From assembly GCA_038243585.1 (NCBI GenBank), contig JBBSQY010000027.1:1-44807 (forward strand): a stretch of DNA of 44,807 bases, read 5' to 3'. This DNA is from Candidatus Sumerlaeales bacterium (GTDB lineage: Bacteria; Sumerlaeota; Sumerlaeia; Sumerlaeales; Sumerlaeaceae). How positions within the stretch are numbered: position 1 is the stretch's first letter; each line of letters opens with the position of its first letter. The translations under genes and the position numbers were made by a program. Of this stretch, positions 27,823-37,448 are shown in pieces. The notes below the pieces were generated by a model. The model worked only from the letters and a program-made list of their open reading frames with translations, was not told the DNA's origin and made no database searches.

Positions 27823-28830
27823 TTAGTATTTACGATCTGGGAGGACCTGGGCTGCGTTGGACTGATCGAACAGCTGGTCTTCAATGACGGTGTTTTTTGG
27901 CAGTTCTTCTCCGGCGATGGCTTTGTTTACGGCGTCAAATGCTGCCGGGCCGAGGAGGGGGTTGCATTCGACTGTGCAGTTTGCCTTGCCGGCGGCGATG
28001 GCTTCCAGCATGTCTTTTGTGCCGTCGATGGATACTACAAGGATATCCGTTCCTGGCTTTTTGCCGGCTTCTTCGATAGCTTGAATGGCGCCGATGCCCA
28101 TGCCGTCGTTGTGAGCGTAGACAGCGGTAATATTGGGATCTGCTTTGAGGAAGGCCTCCATGACTTCTTTGCCTTTGGCGCGGTTAAAATCGCCGGACTG
28201 GCTGCGGACGACTTTCATGCCGGGGTGTTTGGCGATGGCTTCGGCAAAGCCTTTGGCGCGATCGTTGGCCGGTGCGGCACCGGCAGTGCCCTGAAGCTCG
28301 ACGATTGTGGCGACACCGCTGGTTTTTTCCGCCAGCCATTCGCCGGCGCGGCGTCCCTCTTCCACGAAGTCGCTGGCTATTAATGTGGTGTATAGCGACT
28401 CATCTCCAACGGTAACGCCGCGATCAACCAGGATAACCGGAATTTTGGCTGCCTTGGCTTTCATGAGAACAGGCTCCCAACCTGTCTCGACTTTAGGCGC
28501 GAGAATGATAGCGTCGACTTTTTGAGCGATGAAGGAATTGATGGCCTGTACCTGATTTTCCTGTTTGCCCTGGGCGTCAGAAAATTTAAGATCAATGCCA
28601 CGCTTTTCCGCTTCGCCGCGGATGCTGTTGGTTTCGGCGGTGCGCCATGGATCTTCAGCGCCTACCTGAGAAAAACCGACGGTTAAATCGCTGCTGCCGG
28701 AGGTCTGCGTACTATCTTCTCCGGAAGTACCGTCGCTGGCTTTTTTCTGGCAACCGGTCAGCATGAGGCCGGCCATGGCAACTGTTATCAGGCTGTGGGT
28801 AAGGTGGCGCATACTCAGACGTGCGATCAT
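27823..28830 (-). CDS. ytfQ: Sugar ABC substrate-binding lipoprotein (YtfQ/galactofuranose-like)
   Basis: LTGC lipobox; VGFSQVGAE..WRTAET, SDFVEEG, AHNDGM and TVECNP motifs; GAGG SD before Met at 28830. Confidence 0.88.
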   Translation of the reverse strand: MIARLSMRHLTHSLITVAMAGLMLTGCQKKASDGTSGEDSTQTSGSSDLTVGFSQVGAEDPWRTAETNSIRGEAEKRGIDLKFSDAQGKQENQVQAINSFIAQKVDAIILAPKVETGWEPVLMKAKAAKIPVILVDRGVTVGDESLYTTLIASDFVEEGRRAGEWLAEKTSGVATIVELQGTAGAAPANDRAKGFAEAIAKHPGMKVVRSQSGDFNRAKGKEVMEAFLKADPNITAVYAHNDGMGIGAIQAIEEAGKKPGTDILVVSIDGTKDMLEAIAAGKANCTVECNPLLGPAAFDAVNKAIAGEELPKNTVIEDQLFDQSNAAQVLPDRKY

Positions 28831-28974
28831 TTGATAATTTCCTCTTATACTATAATGTGCGTTTACCATGGGACAATTGAGAGGCAATTGCGTTTCAATC
28901 AAGTAAGTTTTGCACGTGTCGTTGTTTTTGGGGGGGCGGAGAGGTTTTATGGGTTTGGACTGGAGCCGGTTTCG

Positions 28975-29937
28975 TTATTGTTGTTGGCGGCGAGTTAGTT
29001 CCAGGAAGAACTGTTTCAGATTTTTTCTTTGCGGAATGACGGCTTTGGGGGCGGCACCGGCGGACGCCAGACCTGATACGACTTCTCCTGCCATGCCATG
29101 GCGAAGGCGTACCGATATGGACGGACCCTCGGCGGAGGGAGCGGCGGTGTCGGTTTTCAGGATTTCGATTCCCGCCTTGCCGTCCAGCCATTCCAAGGCC
29201 GTCTGCCGTGCGGAGGCGGTGTCGAACATCAGCAGGTGATCTTCTTTGTTGAAGAAGAGCAGGCTTTTCACGTGGTCACAGGCAACCAGGATGCCCTGGT
29301 TGATAACTGCTATGCGGTTGCAGTTTTCTTCTACTTCGTGAAGCAGGTGGCTTGAAATGAAAACGGTCATTCGCTCATCGCGCACCAGGGAGTGCAATAT
29401 TTCCCATACCTGGGCGCTGCCATCCGGATCGAGGCCATTAGTTGGTTCGTCCAGCAGCAGCAGGTGCGGCTGGTGAAGCAGGGCCTGGGCTATCCCGAGG
29501 CGCTGTTTCATGCCGTGGCTGTATTCTCGTACGGCATCTTTGCCGCGGGGCAGCAGTCCGACCCGGTCGAGCACATAATCGACGCGTTCTTTTGCCACTC
29601 CGCCGTGGGTAAGTGCCAGCACTTCCAGGTTTTTTCGGCCAGACATATACTCGTAGAAGGCAGGGGTTTCTATGAGAGCGCCCATGTCGCGCCGGACTTC
29701 CGGCCCGGCGGTGTGAGGCCGGCCAAAGAGTTCGATGCGGCCGGAGGTCGGGCGCACGAGGCCGCTGATCATGTACATGGTCGTGGATTTCCCTGCGCCG
29801 TTGGGGCCAAGGAACCCAAAGATGTCGCCTTCGTTGACGTCGAAGCTGAGTTCATTGACGGCAGTGTGTTTGCCGAAATGCTTCGTCAAATTCTGAAGGC
29901 TGAGAATTGTCGGAGTTGTTGATAAAGTTGTGGTCAT
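28975..29937 (-). CDS. ABC-2 type exporter ATP-binding protein
   Basis: GPNGAGKST, YSHGMKQRLGIAQAL, LDEPTNGLDP and SSHLL. Start taken at Met 29937. Confidence 0.92.
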   Translation of the reverse strand: MTTTLSTTPTILSLQNLTKHFGKHTAVNELSFDVNEGDIFGFLGPNGAGKSTTMYMISGLVRPTSGRIELFGRPHTAGPEVRRDMGALIETPAFYEYMSGRKNLEVLALTHGGVAKERVDYVLDRVGLLPRGKDAVREYSHGMKQRLGIAQALLHQPHLLLLDEPTNGLDPDGSAQVWEILHSLVRDERMTVFISSHLLHEVEENCNRIAVINQGILVACDHVKSLLFFNKEDHLLMFDTASARQTALEWLDGKAGIEILKTDTAAPSAEGPSISVRLRHGMAGEVVSGLASAGAAPKAVIPQRKNLKQFFLELTRRQQQ

Positions 29938-30149
29938 GCTGGAGGATGTGCTATCACGGTGTTTGGCAGACGCAAGGGAATGATGCAGAGTTTGGGGCCA
30001 GTGGCTAAGGATTGGGAATTTGGCACTGATAGAGCGGATACACGAAGATGAAGGGAAAGCCAGATGCGCAGATTGAGCAGGAAAAGAAGATAAATGGAAT
30101 TGGTTAGTTCTTGCATTGCAATGGCACGCTGCGCAGGCAGTTGAAACAA

Positions 30150-30626
30150 ATGCCGGAGACTTCGTACCCACAACCAAATGATTCGCGCCCGAAGGGCCTG
30201 ACGCGCAGCCAGGTCATTACTGTGTGGGTGGGCCTGATTGGCTCTGCAATGGGGTGTTCCGCCTGGATGCTGGCCATGGCGGGCATGGGCGGGGACTGGT
30301 TGAGTTTCGGCGTTACTCTGGCGTTTGACGTCATCATGGTTTTGGTTTTTGCGCTGCTTAGTCTGCGGCGTCCTACCTGGCGTTTTCCCCTTCTGGCGCT
30401 GTTTATCGTTTTGATCACGGGTCATTGCCTGGCCATGTATTGGTTGAGATATGAACTGTGGCGGGGCGGCGGTATTATAACACCAGCGGAACTGGTGGAG
30501 GAAAAAGAAATGCTGACCATGACGGTTGTCGCTCTGATAAGTATTCTGCTGGCGCAATTTCTTGTGGTTTATATTTTGCAGGCGAACAGTCGCCGGAACC
30601 GCGCAAAAATGACGCGAAAGTCTTAG
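30150..30626 (+). CDS. Hypothetical membrane protein (about 4 TM)
   Basis: Four hydrophobic segments; fills the gap before pspC. Confidence 0.65.
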   Translation: MPETSYPQPNDSRPKGLTRSQVITVWVGLIGSAMGCSAWMLAMAGMGGDWLSFGVTLAFDVIMVLVFALLSLRRPTWRFPLLALFIVLITGHCLAMYWLRYELWRGGGIITPAELVEEKEMLTMTVVALISILLAQFLVVYILQANSRRNRAKMTRKS

Positions 30627-30656
30627 GGCTGAGCTGAACAAGCTCAGGTCGTCAAC

Positions 30657-30672
30657 AGGCACTAACCTTGCA
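30657..30672 (+). promoter_or_regulatory. Putative sigma-54 promoter for the pspC-domain gene
   Basis: AGGCACTAACCTTGCA with exact GG-N10-GC spacing, 35 bp before the ATG, followed by an AAAAGGAA SD. Confidence 0.65.
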
Positions 30673-30706
30673 GTCATTGTAGATAAACTATTAAAAGGAA
30701 CTGAAT

Positions 30707-30895
30707 ATGGCTCTTGTGCGTTCACGTGAGAACAAAATTATTGCCGGGGTATGCGGAGGCATTGCCGATTCGCTGGGGTGGAGCCCAACACTGGTGCGAT
30801 TCCTTTACATTGTCGGCAGCCTGATCTCTGCTGCGTTTCCGGGCGCGATTGTGTATATCATCTTGTGGATGATCATGCCAAAAGCCAGATATTAG
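30707..30895 (+). CDS. PspC domain protein
   Basis: RSRENKIIAGVCGGIA..LG.SPTLVR and YIILWMIMP motifs. Confidence 0.93.
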   Translation: MALVRSRENKIIAGVCGGIADSLGWSPTLVRFLYIVGSLISAAFPGAIVYIILWMIMPKARY

Positions 30896-30907
30896 CGGCC
30901 AGTTACT

Positions 30908-32113
30908 ATGGGATGGACCTTACCACAGGTGTCTGAATTCTGGATTGCATCGCTTATCTGCGCAACCTTTATGATTGGTTCCGCGTCGTCCGTGGCGCAG
31001 GGTACAAGTTCAACAATGGATTCGTACCGTGTGCCGAATACTACCACATCGCCAGCAGAATTGTTGCTTTCCATTGATCCTGATAGTGCCGCTCCGCGTA
31101 ACAGCGAGGGCGACATTATTGAGCTGAGCAATGGGCGACTGGCGTTGGTTTACTCCAAATTTTCTGGCGGCAAGGAAGACCACAGTGCGGCGCGGCTGGC
31201 GATGCGGACGTCAAGCGACGGGGGGCGAAGCTGGTCGGCGGACAAATCGCTATTGGACAATGAGGGTGGTGTCAACGTGATGTCGGTTTCTCTGGTCCCG
31301 TCGCGGGATGATGGGATACTGCTCTTTTATCTTCGGAAAGATAGTGCCGCGACTTCGTGTGCCTTGTTTGTCCGGCGGTCGACGGATGATCTTCAAACTT
31401 TGTCGGAAGCGGTGCTGGTAACGACGCTGCCGGGTTACAACGTGGTGAACAACGATCGAGTGATCCGCCTGAAAAGCGGGCGGCTGCTGGTGCCGGTTGC
31501 GCTTCACACGGATTCTAAAACGGTGGATAACCTGAATCCAAAATTTGAGGAAAAGGGCGCGATGATAGCCTACTACTCTGACGATGATGGAAAGACCTGG
31601 CAACGTGACATGATGCCGGTGCCAGCGGTGGCAGAGCGTACTCTGCATTTACAGGAGCCCGGGGTGGTGGAATTGGCAGATGGCCGGGTGATGATGTATA
31701 TTCGCACGGGCCACGGGGCGCAGTATGCCAGCTATTCCAAAGATGGCGGCGAGACCTGGACGGTGCCGGAGCCCATGGCTCTTGTATCGCCTCTGAGCCC
31801 AGCCACGATTGAGCGAGTGCCGGATTCGAATCTGCTGGTGGCCGTGTGGAATGACCACAGCGGTCGGTGGCCATTTAAAAAAGAAAATCGCACTCCGCTA
31901 TGCCTGGCGGTGAGCAAGGATGAAGGAAAAACCTGGTCGCCGTCGCAGATGGTGGAGTCTGATCCGAACGGATGGTATTGTTACACCAGCATGTCGTTTA
32001 TTAATGACCGCCTGATCCTTAGTTATTGTGCAGGTCAGGGCCGGGCAAACGGCCTGAACCGTCTGAAAGTTTCGGAAGTGCCGCTTGCATGGGTGAAATA
32101 CCTGGGACGTTGA
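30908..32113 (+). CDS. Secreted sialidase-like BNR/Asp-box beta-propeller protein
   Basis: Asp boxes SSDGGRSW, SDDDGKTW, SKDGGETW and SKDEGKTW; also PRNSEG and QEPG. Confidence 0.88.
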   Translation: MGWTLPQVSEFWIASLICATFMIGSASSVAQGTSSTMDSYRVPNTTTSPAELLLSIDPDSAAPRNSEGDIIELSNGRLALVYSKFSGGKEDHSAARLAMRTSSDGGRSWSADKSLLDNEGGVNVMSVSLVPSRDDGILLFYLRKDSAATSCALFVRRSTDDLQTLSEAVLVTTLPGYNVVNNDRVIRLKSGRLLVPVALHTDSKTVDNLNPKFEEKGAMIAYYSDDDGKTWQRDMMPVPAVAERTLHLQEPGVVELADGRVMMYIRTGHGAQYASYSKDGGETWTVPEPMALVSPLSPATIERVPDSNLLVAVWNDHSGRWPFKKENRTPLCLAVSKDEGKTWSPSQMVESDPNGWYCYTSMSFINDRLILSYCAGQGRANGLNRLKVSEVPLAWVKYLGR

Positions 32114-32152
32114 GCGCGAGTGGGGCGCCGATTTTACTCTATATTCCTGGCG

Positions 32153-33781
32153 TTACTGGAAAAGCTGCCAGTCAGTCACTCCCGATAGGTCGAGGGGGCC
32201 GTCGTATACGAACTTGACGCTGTCAGCGATGGTCGTGGCGACAGGATTTGTCGTTGCGTTAATGGCGACAGAGCCGGCTGTTCCGGCGTTAAAGGGATAG
32301 GTTCCGAGATAGGTCCATTTGTGGCGATCGTTTGCAGTTACGACTTTTTGCGCTGTCCCGCTGCGGTGATTGATTGTCGCATTGGAGAAGGTATTGCCGG
32401 CGAACACGCGATAGTTTCCGGCCTTAGGCAGGGCGGGGCGGAAAGTAACTGAACTGGCCTCGGTGGAAAGCTCCAAAGCGTCGCCATCGAAACACTCATG
32501 GGAAATCATATCCTGGGTGGTGCTTGTACATAGCCCGTTGACATCCACTGACGCTCCCGGCGGGATTTTATCCGTTTCCACGATATAGTGCAGGTTGCGC
32601 TCAAGCGTTTTGAGTGAAACGCCCCAGCTTTGCAGTACGGGAAGCGCCTGCAGAATCCCGGGCACGGTGTATTCCCGCTGATGACAGATCATGACGTAGT
32701 TATAGTTGGGTGCATTCAGGGCCTGCCGGGCGACGGTTTCAATAAGAGCTTTCGTGTTGGCCACGGAGGTTCCATCGACAAACAAATCGCGTTCTGCGGT
32801 AAGCAGGCCTTTCTCTCGGGCGATATCATATGCGACGGAATCGGAAATCGTCCGGCTGTCCAGAAAGTACATATTGCGGTCTTTCAGGTTCTGGATCATC
32901 ACCTCAAGGCCGGGGCGATATTGACTGAAACGGCTGCCCTGGTGATTGTTCAGGCCTCCGACGTGGGGTGCAACATTAGTTAGGTTTTCGTCCAGCACCT
33001 GCAAAATTTTCGTTGGCGTCATGCTGATATAAAGGCGATGAGGGTCGCTTGGGTTGGAGTCGGCCTGGCCTATATACTGCAGGGGCTGGTGCAGCATGGT
33101 TTCAATGTCCTTAGTTTCTGCATCGTCAAGAACAGCGGCACTGTAGGTGAGAAAAGGAATGATCGCATAGGCAAGGCCGGGGGCCTGATTGAAGAGGGTA
33201 TGGGTATAGGTTCCCGGACTTGCGGGGTTAAGGGCTCCGAGGTCGTCTACAACTATGGTGACTTCTGGCGGAGCAGACCCTTCTGCAGGTGGCGCGGCTT
33301 CGCCCTGGAGGGTAAGCCGCAGGGCGTCCGCAATGACTTTGGTTCCTGCGCCCGTCCATAGGTCCGTCTGGGTTATTCGGCCCGCTCCTGTAAACGTAAA
33401 GGTTCCTATAGAATGCCATCCGGTGCCCACATAGTTTTGTGATCGCTTAACGGTTTGAATGCCGGAGTCATCCTCGACAAGGTATTGTGCGGCGGCGGCG
33501 TAGTTGCCGTTGTCCACGTGGAACTCTACGAGATATGTTCCGTCAGGGATGCCGTCTATGTCCCAGACAGCAAGAGACGATCCGGTGCCAGGGCCGGCGG
33601 CGCTGAACTGGTAGTTTCCCAAAAAGGTTCCAGTTTTATCCAATATCCAGTTGCCGGATTTGACGCGGAACGACGAGTCTTCTCCATCGAAAACGATCTG
33701 ATAGGCACTGGCGCTGGAAGCGGTAAAAGCGACGGCGACCGCCATGGCGATGGTTCGAATTATGAGGGCTGGGGTTTTCAA
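32153..33781 (-). CDS. Secreted divergent polysaccharide deacetylase flanked by golvesin-like beta-sandwich domains
   Basis: Signal peptide; IVVDDLG, MLHQPL, GLNNHQGS, FLDSRT and RDLFVD; VIADAL/IADSVKF-type modules on both sides. TTG start at 33781. Confidence 0.85.
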   Translation of the reverse strand: MKTPALIIRTIAMAVAVAFTASSASAYQIVFDGEDSSFRVKSGNWILDKTGTFLGNYQFSAAGPGTGSSLAVWDIDGIPDGTYLVEFHVDNGNYAAAAQYLVEDDSGIQTVKRSQNYVGTGWHSIGTFTFTGAGRITQTDLWTGAGTKVIADALRLTLQGEAAPPAEGSAPPEVTIVVDDLGALNPASPGTYTHTLFNQAPGLAYAIIPFLTYSAAVLDDAETKDIETMLHQPLQYIGQADSNPSDPHRLYISMTPTKILQVLDENLTNVAPHVGGLNNHQGSRFSQYRPGLEVMIQNLKDRNMYFLDSRTISDSVAYDIAREKGLLTAERDLFVDGTSVANTKALIETVARQALNAPNYNYVMICHQREYTVPGILQALPVLQSWGVSLKTLERNLHYIVETDKIPPGASVDVNGLCTSTTQDMISHECFDGDALELSTEASSVTFRPALPKAGNYRVFAGNTFSNATINHRSGTAQKVVTANDRHKWTYLGTYPFNAGTAGSVAINATTNPVATTIADSVKFVYDGPLDLSGVTDWQLFQ

Positions 33782-33883
33782 AGGGGGCGGATCCTTTTCC
33801 TTTTTTGGGGAGGTCGCTAATTTGGCTGCGCGAGCTATCTCAGGAAGGCAAGTGTATTGCGCCTTTGTTGAGCCGATAGTCCA

Positions 33884-33937
33884 CTGGTGCGCTCCGCGCA
33901 CAGCCAGGGCGGCGACAGGTCGCCGCACTCCAGGACG
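33884..33937 (-). repeat. REP family C copy with extended flank
   Basis: About 54 bp nearly identical to 25914-25968. Confidence 0.88.
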
Positions 33938-33961
33938 TTTACTCCTAGACGGTTGCTTCCG

Positions 33962-34543
33962 CTATTCGGAGTGGTTTCGCTGGCGCGTCAGCTCGTCTAT
34001 GATGCGTTTCATGTGATCCTTTTCGCCAGCGGTCAGATAGATCATCCTGATTCCTGCGTGGATAATGGCAATGATGATTCGAACCAGGAGCATGAGGAGC
34101 ACTATGATCAGGAACAAGGCTGCGGGGCGGGCGGATTTTGAGCCGATGCGCCCGATGAAACGAGCCATCTCGTCTGTCTGCTCACTCTGGGCAGCGCGTA
34201 TTTCCTCGAGTCCTTCCGGCTGAGAAGATTCCGCTTCCGAATCGTCTGACTGGGCGAGAGGAGCTGGGTTTAATGTTCGTCGTTCCGGCGTTTCGTAGGC
34301 TTGGGGAAAGGCATCGGTGGTGTGGCCGCGGATGACAAATTCCCACCTGTCGACCTGGGTTTCAATGGCCCGGGGATCCATCACCACCTCTCCGATGCGG
34401 AACAAAACATAACCGGCCATGGCCACGCCAAAGGCTATTAAAAGGAGTCCCATCCAAGCGGCAAAAATCCGCACGTCGCTGGACGCGTCCGGCTGGCTTG
34501 CGGTCGGTTGCGGTTGCGAAGGAATGGTGCTGTCCTGTTTCAT
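33962..34543 (-). CDS. Hypothetical membrane protein (2 TM)
   Basis: Two hydrophobic helices. Start moved to Met 34543 to avoid overlap with the divergent gene. Confidence 0.65.
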   Translation of the reverse strand: MKQDSTIPSQPQPTASQPDASSDVRIFAAWMGLLLIAFGVAMAGYVLFRIGEVVMDPRAIETQVDRWEFVIRGHTTDAFPQAYETPERRTLNPAPLAQSDDSEAESSQPEGLEEIRAAQSEQTDEMARFIGRIGSKSARPAALFLIIVLLMLLVRIIIAIIHAGIRMIYLTAGEKDHMKRIIDELTRQRNHSE

Positions 34544-34658
34544 TTTCCATGAGTAAATACGGGCCAGAAGGGCATTCACGTCGTGGATAATTGAGCCGAA
34601 GTCGTTTGACAGCAATTTAATATAATTCGAATGACAAAACGTGGCTGGAGACTGCTGA

Positions 34659-36422
34659 GTGATTGACGTTTTGGAAAAAAAACCGGTATGGCGCACTGTC
34701 TGGTTTGCGGTGTTGCTTTGCGGGGTACTGCTTGGGCTCAGCCTGGCTCCGGGTACGAGTGATTGGATAGAGCTAAATGACCAGCGCGCTGCGCTATGGT
34801 TTAATGATCTAGCTGGAGCATCTCCGGTGTTTGACCGTATTGTGCTTTTGGTCGCAGACGATGACGAAGGGACTGAGGGACTGGTGGCGCTGGCTGCCGT
34901 ATGGTTTTTAAGCACCCTCTGGTTAGCCCCCACCCGGGTGGCAAAAGCCCGCCTTTTGGGAACCTTCTTTTTCATTGTTGCGGTGCTGGTCCCTTACTTC
35001 ATGTTGGATTCGATTCTGGACGACGTTATTGAACGCAAAAGTCCATCCATGGAGTTTCTCAAGCCGTTTAATGATCTGGGTAAGTTGCTTGACTATAATG
35101 TTGATTTGACGGACAAACGCAGTTTTCCTAACATCGATGCGATGATCATGTTTACCATTGGTTTTTTGCTGTTGAGACTGGGACGGCGGCATGGTGGGAT
35201 TGTCGCGCTTGGGCTGGGTGCCACAGTGCCAGTTCTTCTGTGCGTTGCCGGTCTGGCTTGGGTTAGCGACATTTTTCTAGGATCACTCCCGCTGTCGATT
35301 CTTGTAAGCGCAATTGCTCTTGAGACGCCCTTTGCCCGATTGTTCGAAGGTCTCGTGGATGCCTCCGCTGCTGGCATCGATGAGGGGGAAAGGATGTTAC
35401 GTAACTTTTATCCGATATGGCGCCATCGCAGACTTTATTGGCTTTCCCAAAAGGCGTCGCATATGGAGGTGGCGGTCAAACGATTTACGCGGCGGGATAT
35501 ACCGACTATACTTGATAAAAAAGGGCGTTATGCCGCCGAAGTGCCTTCGCTTACGGTGCCGTTAGGAGGACTGCGATCGGTTATTCGCATTGTTTCAATG
35601 GGGCCTCTGAAGGCCGTCATTCGAGCATATCCGCTAAACCAGCGGGGCGACGCAGAACAGCACTTTCGTGCTTCCACCCTGTTGGCACAGCACGAGGTTC
35701 GTGTGCCTGAGATCTACCATCGGACTGATAGTCCCAAAGATTACGGGGCGCTTTTCATAGTGGAGGAGTTTATTGAGGGTTGCTCGAAAAAACCGTCGCA
35801 AATTACACCGGATGAATTTGTGGCTGCCGCAAAAGAATTGGCGCGACTGCATCAGCTAACAAGCCAAACCTGGGGTCCGGTGGATCAGCCTAGAACAGAA
35901 GATTTCGCGAACGTGCTTTTGCGGCGGCTGGAACGGCAGGTTGGTCAGCTTGTTCGAGGCTCTATTTCAGGGGTGGATCAGGCGTCGGTAGGCCTGGTGA
36001 GAAGGTGGTTTCAAAACTGGCAACAGGATCTTTTTGCTGTTACTAACTTTTCGCTGATCCATGGCAAACTGCATCGTGATAATTGTATGTTTGAAACAGG
36101 CGGGGGCTTTTGCCTGCTGGATGTCACAACGCTAGAATGGGGGATTCCCGCGGTGGACCTGGTGCAGGTACACCATTCTCTATGTGGCGACAGACCGGAA
36201 CTTATTGCCCAGTTCGATGCTGCTTATTACAATGAAACGTCGGAAACGGAAGCGGCCAAGCGGTTACACTTTGTGGCTTTGTTCGAGGCAATGTACTGTG
36301 TTGGACAGATTTCGAAACACCGGAAACGGATGGCCCGAGGGTTTAAATCAGGAAAAGGAGTCGGCGTGGCAAAAAGCGCACTGTGGTGGCGCAGGCTCAT
36401 GGATATCGTGCGGGCGCAGTAA
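34659..36422 (+). CDS. Fusion of a PAP2/LpxT-like membrane domain and an aminoglycoside-phosphotransferase-like kinase domain
   Basis: N-terminal: ERKSPS, RSFPN and WVSDIFLG in a TM context. C-terminal: VRVPEI, VEEFIEG, ELARLH, LIHGKLHRDN and LLD..TLEWG.PAVDL. Confidence 0.75.
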   Translation: MIDVLEKKPVWRTVWFAVLLCGVLLGLSLAPGTSDWIELNDQRAALWFNDLAGASPVFDRIVLLVADDDEGTEGLVALAAVWFLSTLWLAPTRVAKARLLGTFFFIVAVLVPYFMLDSILDDVIERKSPSMEFLKPFNDLGKLLDYNVDLTDKRSFPNIDAMIMFTIGFLLLRLGRRHGGIVALGLGATVPVLLCVAGLAWVSDIFLGSLPLSILVSAIALETPFARLFEGLVDASAAGIDEGERMLRNFYPIWRHRRLYWLSQKASHMEVAVKRFTRRDIPTILDKKGRYAAEVPSLTVPLGGLRSVIRIVSMGPLKAVIRAYPLNQRGDAEQHFRASTLLAQHEVRVPEIYHRTDSPKDYGALFIVEEFIEGCSKKPSQITPDEFVAAAKELARLHQLTSQTWGPVDQPRTEDFANVLLRRLERQVGQLVRGSISGVDQASVGLVRRWFQNWQQDLFAVTNFSLIHGKLHRDNCMFETGGGFCLLDVTTLEWGIPAVDLVQVHHSLCGDRPELIAQFDAAYYNETSETEAAKRLHFVALFEAMYCVGQISKHRKRMARGFKSGKGVGVAKSALWWRRLMDIVRAQ

Positions 36423-36458
36423 ACTTGGCAGCGGCGCTCACCTGTCTAGTATAAAGGG

Positions 36459-37448
36459 TCATTGGACTTTCCAATGGCCGCCTTTGGTGGGTCCAATTCT
36501 GAGTAGTCTTCCGGAATTACGTAGTTTCGAAATTTTCTTTTCCACAGCTCGGGAGCTGATACCCAGAGTAAATGAGATTTCTTTGGCAGTGAGCGCAGGA
36601 TTGATTTTCAACATTTCCAGGATTAGCCTGGAAGTCGTGTCCGGGTTTTCTTCCGAACTTTCTTCCGAACTTTCTTCCGAACTTGCGGATTCTAAAATCT
36701 GGGTCATTGAATGCCGGAGGGCCTGTAGCATAAATTCCACGAACGGCGTTGCTTCCCCTGCTTTATCGGCGTTTGATAGAGCCTTATAGTAGTCGTCCTG
36801 CTGATGATGGATTACCGTTTCAACAGGCAGATAGCCAAGCATCGGTTGCCAATTGCTTAGAATAACTGTTTGCCACAATCGCCCCATACGACCATTTCCA
36901 TCTTCAAACGGATGTATGAATTCCAGTTCATAATGGACCACGCAGCTGGCTATCAGCGGGTGGGCGTCAGTTTGGGCCAGCCAAGTCAGCAGGTCGTCCA
37001 GCAGCTTCGGAACTCGTTTTGCCGGCGGTGCCATGTGGACTAGAGTTTTTTCCTGAAAAATTCCTACGCCGCCGGCCCGAATTATTCCTGGCCTGTCTAC
37101 CAGGCCGGCCATTAAAATACCGTATGCCTCCAGAAAATCACAGGGCCGGGATGGGTTCCATTGATCCATTTTGTCATAGGCGGCGAAGGTATTTCTAACC
37201 TCCTGAATTTCCCGCGGCAATCCCAGCACGCGCTTTCCATCCAGTACTGCTGTAACCTGCTCAAGGGTCAGGGTGTTATTTTCAATGGCAAGCGAGGCCT
37301 GGATCGTTTTAATCCGATTCTGGCGGCGCAATTGCGGCGAAAGCGCGGCGTCGGTGGACGCAGACCATCTTCCCAGCATTTCGCTTATGAGAGCAACCTG
37401 GTTGATAATCTGCGATGTGATTTGAAATGGCGGCGAATACGGCATCAT
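36459..37448 (-). CDS. Fic family protein with N-terminal inhibitory motif and C-terminal HTH
   Basis: Canonical HPFEDGNGRMGR motif; SLAIEN (S/T)xxxE(G/N); C-terminal wHTH ending RIGPTKGGHW. Confidence 0.93.
   Translation of the reverse strand: MMPYSPPFQITSQIINQVALISEMLGRWSASTDAALSPQLRRQNRIKTIQASLAIENNTLTLEQVTAVLDGKRVLGLPREIQEVRNTFAAYDKMDQWNPSRPCDFLEAYGILMAGLVDRPGIIRAGGVGIFQEKTLVHMAPPAKRVPKLLDDLLTWLAQTDAHPLIASCVVHYELEFIHPFEDGNGRMGRLWQTVILSNWQPMLGYLPVETVIHHQQDDYYKALSNADKAGEATPFVEFMLQALRHSMTQILESASSEESSEESSEENPDTTSRLILEMLKINPALTAKEISFTLGISSRAVEKKISKLRNSGRLLRIGPTKGGHWKVQ
36648..36683 (+). repeat. 12-bp tandem repeat x3 (in-frame SSEE units)
   Basis: TTCTTCCGAACT x3. Confidence 0.9.

Noticed and set aside
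34606..34626. TTGACA...TATAAT promoter
   Set aside because: The spacer is only 9 bp, so the two boxes cannot form one sigma-70 promoter.
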